Shown: positions 30,704 to 40,539, counted from the first letter of the stretch. The stretch is DNA of 64,000 nucleotides from an uncultured candidate division WWE3 bacterium (GCA_963765125.1 CAVXUZ010000004.1:64792-128791), one strand, 5' to 3'. Notes: generated by a model from the sequence alone, not told the origin. Program-made: numbers and translations.

Positions 30704-31776
30704 GATTTTTCCTCCATACTTTTATACCAATCAGGCATCATATTGAAAACCTCTATCTGTCTTTTTAACCCCTCTGCAAATGATACTTTAGGTTCGTACC
30801 CAAGTAGTTTTTTTGCCTTGGTCATATCCGCGTAAGTAATAGGAACCTCAGTCGCCGGTTTATCAACGTGAGTAATTACACCTTTTCCAAAATGCGTTGT
30901 TACTTGTTTAGCCAACTCGTTAACAGTTATCGGCGACCCCGTACCAATATTTATTGTGTCAAAGTTAATATCGGAGTCCATACATTTAATTAAACCATCA
31001 ACCTCATCGTCTATGTAGGTGCTGTCGCGACCCATCTCGCCGTCACCATATATTGTAATAGGCTTATTTTGATATACCTGCCTAATGAATCGTTGTGCGG
31101 CCATTCCGTAAAATCTTTGCAAAGGACCGTATATAGGACCAAATATTCTTGCGTTAACTATTGGAATTTTATAAAGATGATTGTACGTATAACAGATTAA
31201 CTCACCCATACGTTTTGTTGCTGCATACGTCGATATTGGTTTTGATACGTCATCGTCTTCATGAAAAGGAACATTATCTCTCCCGCCATAAACTGACGAA
31301 CTACTACCAAAAACAAATTTCTTAAGTTTAAGTTCTTTAGCTTGCTCAAGTAGATTAATTGTCCCCGTAACATTTACGTCTGAATATAAAAGAGGTTTCT
31401 TTACAGAATAAGGTACTCCTGCCATTGCCGCTAAATGCATCACTACATCTGGTTTATGTTTTTCAAATATTTCTTTTATGAATTCTGTGTCAACTATGTT
31501 GCCTTCGTAAAAAGTGAAAGTACCTGTTTTTGATGATTTTTTTAGACCACGCTGTTCTAGAAGTTTATTATGTATTTTCTCAACATCCTTCTTATTATAT
31601 TTTTGAAGTGGCGCGTCAACCTCGAGATAGATGATGTCTAAATTAAATTCCTTGCACTCTCTAGGATAATAGTCGCTAAAATTATCTATTCCGATAACGT
31701 CGTCTCCGCGCCTTAATAATTCTCTAGTAAGAAAACTGCCTATAAAACCTGCTGCTCCTGTGACTAAAATTTTCAT
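30700..31776 (-). CDS. NAD-dependent epimerase, UDP-glucuronate 4-epimerase-like
   Basis: MKILVTGAAGFIGS, GIDNFSDYY, YxxxK, and GRDSTYIDD (compare RDFTYIDD of UDP-GlcA 4-epimerases). Contains a 45-aa insertion. The longer ORF to 31920 probably includes 5' read-through. Confidence 0.7.
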   Translation of the reverse strand: MKILVTGAAGFIGSFLTRELLRRGDDVIGIDNFSDYYPRECKEFNLDIIYLEVDAPLQKYNKKDVEKIHNKLLEQRGLKKSSKTGTFTFYEGNIVDTEFIKEIFEKHKPDVVMHLAAMAGVPYSVKKPLLYSDVNVTGTINLLEQAKELKLKKFVFGSSSSVYGGRDNVPFHEDDDVSKPISTYAATKRMGELICYTYNHLYKIPIVNARIFGPIYGPLQRFYGMAAQRFIRQVYQNKPITIYGDGEMGRDSTYIDDEVDGLIKCMDSDINFDTINIGTGSPITVNELAKQVTTHFGKGVITHVDKPATEVPITYADMTKAKKLLGYEPKVSFAEGLKRQIEVFNMMPDWYKSMEEKS

Positions 31777-31845
31777 ATTTAACATTATATCAACTATGCA
31801 AACAATAAGCTTTCTTACACAGCCTCTAGGCTGTAAAATCAAGCT

Positions 31846-32577
31846 ATGGCAAAAAGTAATTGGAATAAAATGTCTACCTGGTACGACGGAATGGTTGGCG
31901 AAAAAGGGCATAAATACCACACAGACTACGCAATACCGGCAGTTATGGATATGATGAATTTAAACAAAAGTAGTAAAGTTTTAGACGTAGGATGCGGGCA
32001 GGGTGCTCTTGCTCCTTACGTTAAAAGAGCAGGTGGTAACTACTTTGGTGTAGATATAAGTTCAAATCTCATAAACGCTGCGATGAAACGACACAAGAGT
32101 GATGGTAAGTTTTTTACTGTCGGCGCCGCAGACATTTCTAAATTACCAGAAATTAAAGATATTCGTTTTGACTATATTGTATTTATGCTTAGCATCCAAG
32201 ATATGGACCCAATTGAAACTATTTTACCCGACGCCACAAAGCTACTAAACGCTAATGGTAGTTTAATTATTTTTATGATGCACCCAGCTTTTAGAATTCC
32301 GCGCCAAAGCGGATGGGGTGAAGATAAAAATAGAAAACTAATTTATCGACGCGTTGATAGGTATTTGACGACCGAAACTATCCCGTTAAATACACACGTT
32401 GTTAATAATGGCAAAAGTATAACTTCTTATTTTTACCATCGACCTTTATCAAAATACTTTGAGGAGTTTAAGAAATGTGGTTTACGGGTTGGTGATCTTT
32501 TTGAAATTGCTGAAGATAAAAAAGGCTACGCTGAATTTCCTACATTTCTTGCTTTAATGCTTGTTAAGTCAAGCTAA
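31846..32577 (+). CDS. class I SAM-dependent methyltransferase
   Basis: VLDVGCGQGALA motif I and the acidic motif II GVDIS. Confidence 0.65.
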   Translation: MAKSNWNKMSTWYDGMVGEKGHKYHTDYAIPAVMDMMNLNKSSKVLDVGCGQGALAPYVKRAGGNYFGVDISSNLINAAMKRHKSDGKFFTVGAADISKLPEIKDIRFDYIVFMLSIQDMDPIETILPDATKLLNANGSLIIFMMHPAFRIPRQSGWGEDKNRKLIYRRVDRYLTTETIPLNTHVVNNGKSITSYFYHRPLSKYFEEFKKCGLRVGDLFEIAEDKKGYAEFPTFLALMLVKSS

Positions 32578-32894
32578 TACTGTTGAGGCGGCTCAATGTT
32601 TGGTTCTCGCCCATAATCAGGTAAATCTAACTCTCCTATTGTTTTATTACCATTAGCCCAATTTAGAATATTAGCAATAGTTACACCAATTTTTAAACCT
32701 GTAAAAGACCCTGGTCCAAGGTTTGGAACAACTTCATCAATTTCTTTGCTATTAATATTATTTTTTTGTAGTAATGTTTGTATTTCACCAACTATGTCTA
32801 TGTCGCCGTAAACCTCGTCAATCACCATACCATCTCTAAGTAATAAGATGGATTTATTGACTCTGTCGCTTGTATCTATTTTAAGCTTGTACAT
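32574..32894 (-). CDS. tsaB: truncated TsaB/YeaZ-like t6A biosynthesis protein
   Basis: KIDTS N-terminus and GPGSFTGLKIGV motif. Only 106 aa, so it lacks the usual C-terminal half. Adjacent to tsaE. Confidence 0.5.
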   Translation of the reverse strand: MYKLKIDTSDRVNKSILLLRDGMVIDEVYGDIDIVGEIQTLLQKNNINSKEIDEVVPNLGPGSFTGLKIGVTIANILNWANGNKTIGELDLPDYGREPNIEPPQQY

Positions 32895-33306
32895 TTATTT
32901 TTCTTTCGTTTTCTGAAACATATTCGAATTTTATTTTTACTGTGGAGCTCGGTATTATACTTTCTACCATTTCTGGCCACTCAATAATTTTTATAGCGTC
33001 TTTATCTGCTAACATTTCTTCAATTCCAATGTCTTTTATACTCTCAAGATCTGTTAGCCTGTACAGGTCTAGGTGAAACACCTTTTTTATAACTGCTTGC
33101 TTGTCCTCGTACTGTCTAACGATTACAAAAGTTGGGCTTTGAACTCGCGCATGAACCCCTAAAGCCTCAACAAAATATGATGTAAACGTAGTTTTTCCGC
33201 TTCCAAGATCCCCGTATAGGGCAAAAACATCCCCATTTGAAGCATTTTTAGCTAGCTGTTGAGCCAGTTTCTTAGTTTCTTCGGTAGAATATGTTGTAAT
33301 TTCCAT
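32881..33306 (-). CDS. tsaE: tRNA threonylcarbamoyladenosine biosynthesis ATPase TsaE
   Basis: P-loop GDLGSGKTTF and a conserved SPTF motif. Confidence 0.8.
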   Translation of the reverse strand: MEITTYSTEETKKLAQQLAKNASNGDVFALYGDLGSGKTTFTSYFVEALGVHARVQSPTFVIVRQYEDKQAVIKKVFHLDLYRLTDLESIKDIGIEEMLADKDAIKIIEWPEMVESIIPSSTVKIKFEYVSENERKINVQA

Positions 33307-33623
33307 AGTATCAACACCGCCGTTAACGCAGCGAGTGTATCTATCTTAATATCAAATAAGCTCGGCGAACGCAATTGAATAAACATTTGATGAAACTCGT
33401 CCGTTACTGCGTATAAAATTGAGAAGATAAAGGTTTCTGGAAGTTTTTTGATTGCTTTATATAAAGTTACAGCCAATGAAAAGAATAAGATAATGTGCCC
33501 ATTAATTAAAAAAGATTCTTTATTAACACCTACAGCCTCAATAACTACACCGGGTGTAGAAGAAGAGACAAAGATTAACAGCATCACTAATATTGCTGGT
33601 CCCCATCTATTTAAAAATCTCAT
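33252..33623 (-). CDS. VanZ-like family membrane protein
   Basis: Four hydrophobic segments and TDEFHQMF...DIKIDTLAA, typical of the VanZ family. Confidence 0.4.
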   Translation of the reverse strand: MRFLNRWGPAILVMLLIFVSSSTPGVVIEAVGVNKESFLINGHIILFFSLAVTLYKAIKKLPETFIFSILYAVTDEFHQMFIQLRSPSLFDIKIDTLAALTAVLILWKLQHILPKKLRNWLNS

Positions 33624-34119
33624 TAAGATATTTTAACACTCTGTCTTTTAAAGTCTCTTTTTTAATTTCGTTATCTATATTTTCCACCTCTTTAGTTATT
33701 TCTAGTTTCTTTACAACCGTTTTCGTGTTTTTCAATATTTCGTAAGGATAATAAGTATTTTCATTAGTTTTGTAAATTTCGCCTGTATTTCTGTTTTGAA
33801 TTAAAAAGTGCAGTTTTTCTGGTTTGGTGATGTAAATGCTCAGTTCCATTTTTTCGGCGAGCTTCGGCAGGTTCTCCCAAAGATCTGACGCCGATATCCA
33901 TTTTTCTTCAGTATTTTTAATAAATGTTACACCGTCGTTTATTACCGGTCTTACAACAAATTCGTCAAGCGTATACCCTTTCATATTATGATTAATTTTA
34001 ACCAACGCCTGTTTGTCGTATGAAATAAGGTATGAATCTGATTGAATAGAAAAATAGTCCGCCTTTGCAGTTTTACTAAGCAATTGTATTAAAACAAATA
34101 TTATTAATACTTTTCTCAC
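33607..34119 (-). CDS. secreted hypothetical protein
   Basis: Signal peptide MRKVLIIFVLIQLLSKTAKA. Confidence 0.4.
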   Translation of the reverse strand: MRKVLIIFVLIQLLSKTAKADYFSIQSDSYLISYDKQALVKINHNMKGYTLDEFVVRPVINDGVTFIKNTEEKWISASDLWENLPKLAEKMELSIYITKPEKLHFLIQNRNTGEIYKTNENTYYPYEILKNTKTVVKKLEITKEVENIDNEIKKETLKDRVLKYLNEIFK

Positions 34120-34181
34120 ACAAGAAAAAATACACTGCTATTTATTTTTGTTCTAGATGGTTCTCTCTATTTTTATGAGAC

Positions 34182-35453
34182 TTATTTAAATGCAACAGCG
34201 CTGAGTATTTGAGCAGTAGAGTAATAATCGCCAAAATCAAGATTTGGGCCATAGATTGGATCATGCATCTCGTAATCTCCGTTACTACCACTAACTAAAA
34301 CGATAAAGTGTGTACCTGCTGCGTTGGCTGCTCGCAACTCAACAATAACTGGGTTGTCGTCATCAAGTTCATTGTCGATAGCAGCTCTTGGATAACCGTA
34401 ACCAAGTCTAGAATACTGTCTTCCTCCAGGAGCTGGCCATGGGATTAACATATCACCCCAAAAATAGTATTGATTTTTTGAAGCAAGATCACCAGGATCA
34501 ACATTAAAACCATAGTATTTATGCACCATCGATACGCTTGAAACTAAACATCCAGAATTGTAGACCGTGTAATTTGAGTTGCCAATCTTATCATAAGCCC
34601 ATCTGGAGTCTCTTTGTGAATAGTACCAGCCACCTTCTCCACCTCCAAGCCCGTTAGGACCAATGATTCCTTGTCCCGTGCTGGCAACAAACGAGCTGTA
34701 CGAGTCGAGCTCTCGTTTTGCCTCTAGTAGCATTTCTTGGTATTTAGCTTCGGAGTTACTTGTAATGCTGAGTAGCCTGTCCTTTTCTGCTTTTTCTCTC
34801 TCTAGATCTACACGGTAACTATCTAAATTTGCCTTCTCTTGAAGTAGTTGCGCCTGTAACGCAACTTCATCGTCTTTTTTGTCTTCGTAAAGATCTTTTT
34901 GTCTATTGTAGGTTTTTTGAGTGTTTCTCATTTGAGTCAGTACTTTGTTGTCCTGTAACTCCATCACCTTTAAATAAGATGACTTTTTGACGAGCGCGTC
35001 TAGTGTATTGGTTCCAAAAAGAACCATAAAAGTAGATGTTTCGCGTGTTTTATATCTCTCTATGATTCTTTCCTTTAAAACATCTTGCTGGTACTCAACC
35101 CTTTCCGTCAGCTGGTCTATTCTTTCTTTTAATGAATCTATATCTCCGCTAAGGCGAGAGATTTCTTTTTCTGTTCTTTCAATATTTTTTATGGAGTTTT
35201 GAATTTTTAGTGTGGTGATATTAATCTGAGTATTAGCGGTGTTGATTTCACGTGATAACGATGCCGCCTCACCCTGAAGTTTGTCTATTTCTTCTTCATA
35301 CTTTTCAATTTTTTCTTGTAAATCCTCAACTTTATCGGCGTCTTCTTCAGCTTGCGTTGTTGTGTCATCTACAGCAAAAACGGGTGTTACACTTACTAAT
35401 AAGAGAAACGCTAGTGGAATTAATAATAAGATTGTCAGTGCTTTTTTAATCAT
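34182..35453 (-). CDS. PcsB-like secreted coiled-coil peptidoglycan hydrolase (C-terminal Cys/His CHAP/NlpC-like domain)
   Basis: Signal peptide, long heptad coiled coil, and a C-terminal domain with catalytic-type Cys (YNSGCLVSSVSM) and His (AGTHFIVL). Immediately downstream of ftsE-ftsX. Start taken at MIKKAL (35453). Confidence 0.6.
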   Translation of the reverse strand: MIKKALTILLLIPLAFLLLVSVTPVFAVDDTTTQAEEDADKVEDLQEKIEKYEEEIDKLQGEAASLSREINTANTQINITTLKIQNSIKNIERTEKEISRLSGDIDSLKERIDQLTERVEYQQDVLKERIIERYKTRETSTFMVLFGTNTLDALVKKSSYLKVMELQDNKVLTQMRNTQKTYNRQKDLYEDKKDDEVALQAQLLQEKANLDSYRVDLEREKAEKDRLLSITSNSEAKYQEMLLEAKRELDSYSSFVASTGQGIIGPNGLGGGEGGWYYSQRDSRWAYDKIGNSNYTVYNSGCLVSSVSMVHKYYGFNVDPGDLASKNQYYFWGDMLIPWPAPGGRQYSRLGYGYPRAAIDNELDDDNPVIVELRAANAAGTHFIVLVSGSNGDYEMHDPIYGPNLDFGDYYSTAQILSAVAFK

Positions 35454-35506
35454 AAGGCGGTGTACTAGAATTATATCCTTAAGGGGATATCGTAACAATT
35501 TTGGTA

Positions 35507-36397
35507 TCAGTATTTTAAGTAACGCTTTACGGCAAAAGAGCTTCCAAAATAACCAAGCAAAGTGCCTGAAAGTATTAATAAAAACCATAAAATAAAGGCG
35601 TAAAGTGGCGCTGAGATAAATGCTCCGCTAGCAAACCCGAAACTTAAAGAGGCAGGAATAAACCCTACCTTAGCAAGAATTAAAAGTAACGCAAGAATTA
35701 CAGCTCCAGCAATAAAAGAAGATACCACACCGTAAAAAACTCCTTGATAAATCAAGGGCATTCTGACGTAGGCTGCTCGCGCACCAACTAACTTCATTAT
35801 CTCCAGTTCGACACCTTTTGAGTTGATTGTTGTTCTAAGTGTAGATATTACAACTGCGTACGAAATAACCAAAAAGATTAAAACAAGTGAAAAACCAACT
35901 ACATACGCAATCACGCTAAATTTTCTAAAACTACCCACTACGTCACTAAAAAATCTTACTTCTTCCGCACCGTCTAGTGAATTAAACTCTTCAGCTAGTT
36001 TAGGCAGATTTGCAATATTCTTTGCTCTAATTTCTAAGCTGGCGGGTAAAATACCTGATGTTACCGACTCTAAAAGCACGGGGTCGTCTTTGTTTATTTC
36101 TTTAAAAATATTGTATGCATCGTCTTTAGAAATATAATTCACTGAAAATATTCGGTCGTCCTCAGATAGCTTTTGTTCAAGACCTAATATCTTTTCTTCA
36201 GAAAAATCATCTTTGAAGAAAATGGTAACTTGGGCCTGTTGTTCAAGATTTCTAAGTATTGTTTGTGAAATAGTAATTACGGTAATAAATATTCCTAGCA
36301 AAATAAATGTAATCGTCATAACAAAAATATTGGTTATGCTCATTAACCTTTCGCGCTTTACATTATTTAATGTATTTTTAATATATCTATCACTCAT
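35507..36397 (-). CDS. ftsX: cell division permease FtsX
   Basis: One TM, a periplasmic domain, then three C-terminal TM helices. Directly after ftsE. Confidence 0.8.
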   Translation of the reverse strand: MSDRYIKNTLNNVKRERLMSITNIFVMTITFILLGIFITVITISQTILRNLEQQAQVTIFFKDDFSEEKILGLEQKLSEDDRIFSVNYISKDDAYNIFKEINKDDPVLLESVTSGILPASLEIRAKNIANLPKLAEEFNSLDGAEEVRFFSDVVGSFRKFSVIAYVVGFSLVLIFLVISYAVVISTLRTTINSKGVELEIMKLVGARAAYVRMPLIYQGVFYGVVSSFIAGAVILALLLILAKVGFIPASLSFGFASGAFISAPLYAFILWFLLILSGTLLGYFGSSFAVKRYLKY

Positions 36398-37070
36398 AGG
36401 AACCGCTTTTTTTATCAGAAATTAATACGCCTTTGTTTAATCTTATTACTCTTTTTTTCATACTGTTCACAATGTCTTTGTTGTGCGTTGCCATTATAAT
36501 TGTTGTCCCTAAAGAATTAATTTTTCCTAAAATTTCAACAATTTCGTGTGCTGATTTTGGATCTATCATTCCGGTAGGCTCGTCGGCAACGAGGATGTCA
36601 GGTTCATGAGCTAACGCTCTAGCGATAGATACTCTTTGCTTTTCACCACCAGAAAGATTTTTGGGTAGGCAATTTATCTTACTACTGAGATTCACAAGAC
36701 TTAGTACGTTGGGGACGATGCTCTTAATCTCCTCGTCTGAAACTTCGTCTACCTCAAGTGCAACCGCAACATTTTCATAGATTGTTCTACTTTCAAGTAA
36801 CTTAAAATCCTGAAAAACCACGCCAACGCGCCTTCTAAGTGTAGAGATCTCGTCACCAACTAGTGCGTTAATGTCCTGCTCATCAAACAGTATCATTCCT
36901 GAAGTAGGCTTTTCTTCTCTAATCAACATTCTGACCAGCGATGTTTTACCTGCACCTGACTCCCCGACAATAAATATAAACTCGCCGTTATCGACGGTAA
37001 AACTTACATTGTCTAAAGCCTTGTGGCCTTCTTCATATTCCTTTGTTACTTCTCTGAATTCTATTTGCAT
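36390..37070 (-). CDS. ftsE: cell division ATP-binding protein FtsE
   Basis: Walker A GESGAGKTS, ABC signature LSGGEKQRVSIARAL, Walker B ILVADEPTG. Confidence 0.9.
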   Translation of the reverse strand: MQIEFREVTKEYEEGHKALDNVSFTVDNGEFIFIVGESGAGKTSLVRMLIREEKPTSGMILFDEQDINALVGDEISTLRRRVGVVFQDFKLLESRTIYENVAVALEVDEVSDEEIKSIVPNVLSLVNLSSKINCLPKNLSGGEKQRVSIARALAHEPDILVADEPTGMIDPKSAHEIVEILGKINSLGTTIIMATHNKDIVNSMKKRVIRLNKGVLISDKKSGSYE

Positions 37071-37074
37071 TATT

Positions 37075-37572
37075 TTACTTATTCTTTACGACAACCTTTT
37101 CCACCGTTAGTATTTGTTTTTTGCCATCGGCTGATTTTGTTACTTTTCCTAATACTACAACATCCAACCCCTCAACAACTGTTAGTTTTTCGTCGTTTGC
37201 CTTTAACATTATAATCTCCTTGCCCTCGGGATTAGCGAGATAAAATGAGATGTCATCTTGCGGGTAAAGTCTAGGATCAACAAAAACTACTTTACCTTCA
37301 AATTGTTCGTTCTCGGTTATGGGGATTTGGGTTTCTTTGCCCGTCGGCTCAATTTCATTTTCGTTTAAGTTTTTGCCAATAACATTTCCTATAACTAGGC
37401 CAATAACGGTGAATACAACAAGAATAACAAGAAGTGCAATATATAAATTCTTTCCTTTGAGGTTTTCTGCGTATTCGTAGAGCTTAGTTAGTAGGTTAGG
37501 CATTAGTACCATTATATAGCTTAATTTTCTTAATGCCAAAGGCAAAAATAACAAATGTATAAAAAACTCCAT
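37075..37572 (-). CDS. membrane-anchored hypothetical protein
   Basis: TM (IALLVILVVFTVIGLVIGNVIG) then a soluble beta-rich domain. Confidence 0.4.
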   Translation of the reverse strand: MEFFIHLLFLPLALRKLSYIMVLMPNLLTKLYEYAENLKGKNLYIALLVILVVFTVIGLVIGNVIGKNLNENEIEPTGKETQIPITENEQFEGKVVFVDPRLYPQDDISFYLANPEGKEIIMLKANDEKLTVVEGLDVVVLGKVTKSADGKKQILTVEKVVVKNK

Positions 37573-37986
37573 ATTATAGCTCTTGTACCAAATTCTGATA
37601 AATATACCGTGTATTTGTTCGAAAAAGAGGAAAAATATGTCATTCCAGTAGATTTTTCAGCTTCTCAAGCTAAGCAACTTCTTAGGCCATCGGCGCAAGA
37701 ACAAAATCAACCAAGTATTTATAACACAGCAAGACGCCTAATCTGCGGTCTCGGAGGTAATTTAATTAGCGTTTTAATTTATAAGTATGATGCGGGCGTT
37801 TTTTACACGTATCTAAATGTTGCAACACAGAATAAAAAATTAGATTTCAACGCAAACATTGCTGACGCACTAAACATCGCAAAAAGATTTTCCGCCCCAA
37901 TATACATAAAAAATGAGGTTTTAGACGGGTGCGGGTTTAAAGTTACAAGACAAATATTACGCGACGCCCTCGCTGAAGGTTACTGA
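37555..37986 (+). CDS. bifunctional nuclease domain (DUF151/BFN-like) protein
   Basis: Pattern YVIPVDFSASQAKQL...PSIYNTARRL...NIADALNIAKRFSAPIYIKNEVLD matches the BFN consensus (I.IG..EA.aI...RPLTHDL...RPSDAIALAlr..aPIyV). Confidence 0.45.
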   Translation: MYKKLHIIALVPNSDKYTVYLFEKEEKYVIPVDFSASQAKQLLRPSAQEQNQPSIYNTARRLICGLGGNLISVLIYKYDAGVFYTYLNVATQNKKLDFNANIADALNIAKRFSAPIYIKNEVLDGCGFKVTRQILRDALAEGY

Positions 37987-39092
37987 TTTAGATATGTATT
38001 GATATTTGCTACGTGCTCATCGAGAGTTTTTGCAAAATGGGTTACACCTTTAGAATCTGTTAAATAAAAATAATATTCTGAGGTTTGGTGATTTATTACT
38101 GAATCTAGCGCGTCTAGGCTAAAGCTAGAAATAGGCGTAGGGGGTAAACCAACATATTTTCTCGTATTGTAAGGAGAATCATAGTTTAAGTCGTTTAGTG
38201 TGAGATTATGCGGCCACCAGTCCACACCACCAAGTCCCTGGCCATCTAGACAGAGTTTTTGTTCTGAAGTAATTTGGCAAGCTGTGTCCGCGTCTAAGCA
38301 GTTGTTTGGAAGACAAAATTTAGGCAGCGCAACAGCGTATTGGGTGGTTGCGTCAGCTTCAATTTTCATACCCTCTACAAATCGTTTAATTAAAATGCCC
38401 GCGATTAGTTTTCGATCTTCTTGCTTGGCTGCTTCGCGTTCAATTATCGAGGCTAGGGTTAAAGCTTCGTTTTCTGTCAGCCCAACTTTTGCTAAACGAT
38501 CTTTTGTTATTAAGTCTTCTGTTTTCGTTTCAAACGTTGTACTAAGCAGGTCAAATACATCTTGCTCACTCGCGTCTGATTTTACTAAATACGTATCGGG
38601 GAATAATTTACCTTCATTGCCTTTTGCGAGCGAAAGAAATTTTTCTTTGTCAAAATCTTTTATTGTGTACTGTAAATACTCGGCTAGTTCTTCCATCCTC
38701 CATCCCTCAATAAATCTGACCGTAATATCATTTTTTCCATTTTGAAAAATTGAAGCGAGCTCTACAATTGATGTTTTTTTAGGTACTTCATAAACACCAG
38801 CCTGTAGATTTTTATCCTGACCGCTGATTTTTGCGTATATTCTAAAAACTAAAGGAGAGTCAATAAGCCCTGCGTCTTTTAAATTGCCTGCAATTTCTGA
38901 AACTCCCTGACCGGACTTGATTTCAAAAACCGTGTCTTTTGTTGTTTGTGGGTGATAATTTACTGCGAATCGATATAAAAGATAGGGTATTGTTGGAAAA
39001 GCTAAAATGAGGGCTAAAGCTAAAACCAGCAGAGTATTTCTCCTGCTGTGCTTTTTTTCTTCTTGAGTGATCAACTCCACCTCATTTTCCAT
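37980..39092 (-). CDS. mltG: endolytic murein transglycosylase MltG (YceG-like)
   Basis: N-terminal TM, a YceG domain with GVYEVPKKTSIVELASIFQNG...RFIEGWRMEE, and a conserved catalytic-region Glu. The start is probably at 39092. Confidence 0.75.
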   Translation of the reverse strand: MENEVELITQEEKKHSRRNTLLVLALALILAFPTIPYLLYRFAVNYHPQTTKDTVFEIKSGQGVSEIAGNLKDAGLIDSPLVFRIYAKISGQDKNLQAGVYEVPKKTSIVELASIFQNGKNDITVRFIEGWRMEELAEYLQYTIKDFDKEKFLSLAKGNEGKLFPDTYLVKSDASEQDVFDLLSTTFETKTEDLITKDRLAKVGLTENEALTLASIIEREAAKQEDRKLIAGILIKRFVEGMKIEADATTQYAVALPKFCLPNNCLDADTACQITSEQKLCLDGQGLGGVDWWPHNLTLNDLNYDSPYNTRKYVGLPPTPISSFSLDALDSVINHQTSEYYFYLTDSKGVTHFAKTLDEHVANINTYLNQ

Positions 39093-39137
39093 AGAGCCAT
39101 AATAGCATAATCGCGTATTTTCGGGTAAAATATGGCT

Positions 39138-39471
39138 TGCAGGAAGCTGATAGGCCGCCCGCAAGGGAGGAAAGTCCAGACTGTGTAGAGCAAGGGGACG
39201 GAGGGTAACCTCCGACGCGTAAGCGCTGGTGTTCGTTTAGCGAAAGCATGGCGAAACAGAGGGTGAAACAACATCCTTTGAGAGCAACAGAAACGATCCT
39301 TTATCTAAATCTTCGGACAAGGTAAAGGCTGAAACGGGCAATCCCACCCACAGCAATCCACGAAATTACCGTCATAGCCTGCTCGGCAATTTACCTTAGG
39401 GTAAAACGGTATCAAGATGGAGCGTAGATAGATGGCCTAATAAAACAGAATCTGGCTTACTGGTTTCCTGC
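39138..39471 (+). ncRNA. rnpB: RNase P RNA (bacterial type A)
   Basis: P1 GCAGGAA...TTCCTGC, P4 GGGAGGAAAGTCCAGAC, AGGGTGAAACA, and the 3' P4 strand ACAGAATCTGGCTTACTGG. Lies in a non-coding gap. Confidence 0.85.
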
Positions 39472-39487
39472 ATAAAAATATTTAAAA

Positions 39488-39537
39488 CAATGCGGGGGAG
39501 AAATCTATTTCTCCCCCGCATTTAAATATTTTTTTAT
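39488..39537. terminator. bidirectional intrinsic terminator (rnpB and the AI-2E transporter gene)
   Basis: Perfect hairpin TGCGGGGGAG-AAATCTATTT-CTCCCCCGCA flanked by an A-run on the 5' side and a T-run on the 3' side. Confidence 0.65.
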
Positions 39538-39549
39538 CTTTTTATGCTT

Positions 39550-40539
39550 TTAATTTTTTTCCCCAACTACATTTTTAAATATAATTGCGCCAATCATCAA
39601 AACCGGAACAGCTACTACAGCTCCGATAATTCCAAATAGATTGCTACCGATAAGAAGCGCGATAAGAATAATAATTGGGCTAAAACCAGATACTTTCTGC
39701 ATAACTTTTGGGACAATGACGTTTCCCTCAAGATTTTGGATTAGCGCAAACACTGCTACTACTAATAGCGCCTTTACAGGAGAATCAACCACTGCCACTA
39801 GGGCTGCAACTACGGCTGAGATAACGGGACCAATAATAGGCACTATCTCGAAAAGACCTGAAAGTATGGCTAAAGGAAACGCGAAGTCTACACCGATGAT
39901 GATAAGGCCAATATAGCTAACAACGCCAATCACCAACATTAAAATAAGCTGCCCACGTAACCAGTAACCTACGTTTTGTTCAATTTCTTCTAGAGCTTTT
40001 TTAATTTTCTTCTCGTACTCAGTTGGAAATAGTCCAGAGAATTTTCTTTTTATGTTTTCCCAGTCAATTGAAAGATAAATGGAGAGGATTAATATGCTAA
40101 AAATGGTGGTGATGTTGCTAAATATTGATTTTGTTGCGCTTACAACAACTTCGGTTCCACCTGCAAAGTTTGAAATAACTTCAGAGAATGAGAAGTTAAA
40201 ATTATCACCTAGAGAAATTATGTTTTTATTTTTTATTAATGTTTGAATTAGTTTCTGTGATTGCTGCACTACCGGGTCAAAACCGACGGTAATGGTGGCG
40301 CTTAAAACCACAAACACGATAAGATACGTAAGTAACACTGCAAATGATCGGTTGATATTCTTATTGAAAAGCTTTTTTGTTTTTAACCATTGAACAGCGC
40401 TTTCAAGTGAAATGGTGATTAAAAGAGCAATAAAAAGAACTCCTAAAATACTCCCAAGTCTGTAGATTAAGTAAATTCCCACCCCAAATAATGCTGTGGC
40501 AAGTATGGTTTTAATTGAGATGACGATGTTTTTATCCAT
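39550..40539 (-). CDS. AI-2E family transporter (PerM/UPF0118)
   Basis: About 8 TM helices with the typical AI-2E arrangement, including a large central hydrophilic loop. Confidence 0.65.
   Translation of the reverse strand: MDKNIVISIKTILATALFGVGIYLIYRLGSILGVLFIALLITISLESAVQWLKTKKLFNKNINRSFAVLLTYLIVFVVLSATITVGFDPVVQQSQKLIQTLIKNKNIISLGDNFNFSFSEVISNFAGGTEVVVSATKSIFSNITTIFSILILSIYLSIDWENIKRKFSGLFPTEYEKKIKKALEEIEQNVGYWLRGQLILMLVIGVVSYIGLIIIGVDFAFPLAILSGLFEIVPIIGPVISAVVAALVAVVDSPVKALLVVAVFALIQNLEGNVIVPKVMQKVSGFSPIIILIALLIGSNLFGIIGAVVAVPVLMIGAIIFKNVVGEKN

Noticed and set aside
32574-32894. TsaB truncated by a frameshift
   Set aside because: The ORF ends 3 nt from the convergent methyltransferase gene. 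No continuation of TsaB-like sequence is visible in the other frames downstream, so it is treated as a naturally short TsaB-like protein with caution.
38200-38745. 181-aa plus-strand ORF
   Set aside because: It is antisense to the well-supported mltG gene. The composition is Ser/Cys-rich with low complexity and no motif.
39071-39274. 67-aa ORF on the minus strand
   Set aside because: It lies entirely inside the RNase P RNA gene and its upstream promoter region. No protein motif is present, so it is spurious.
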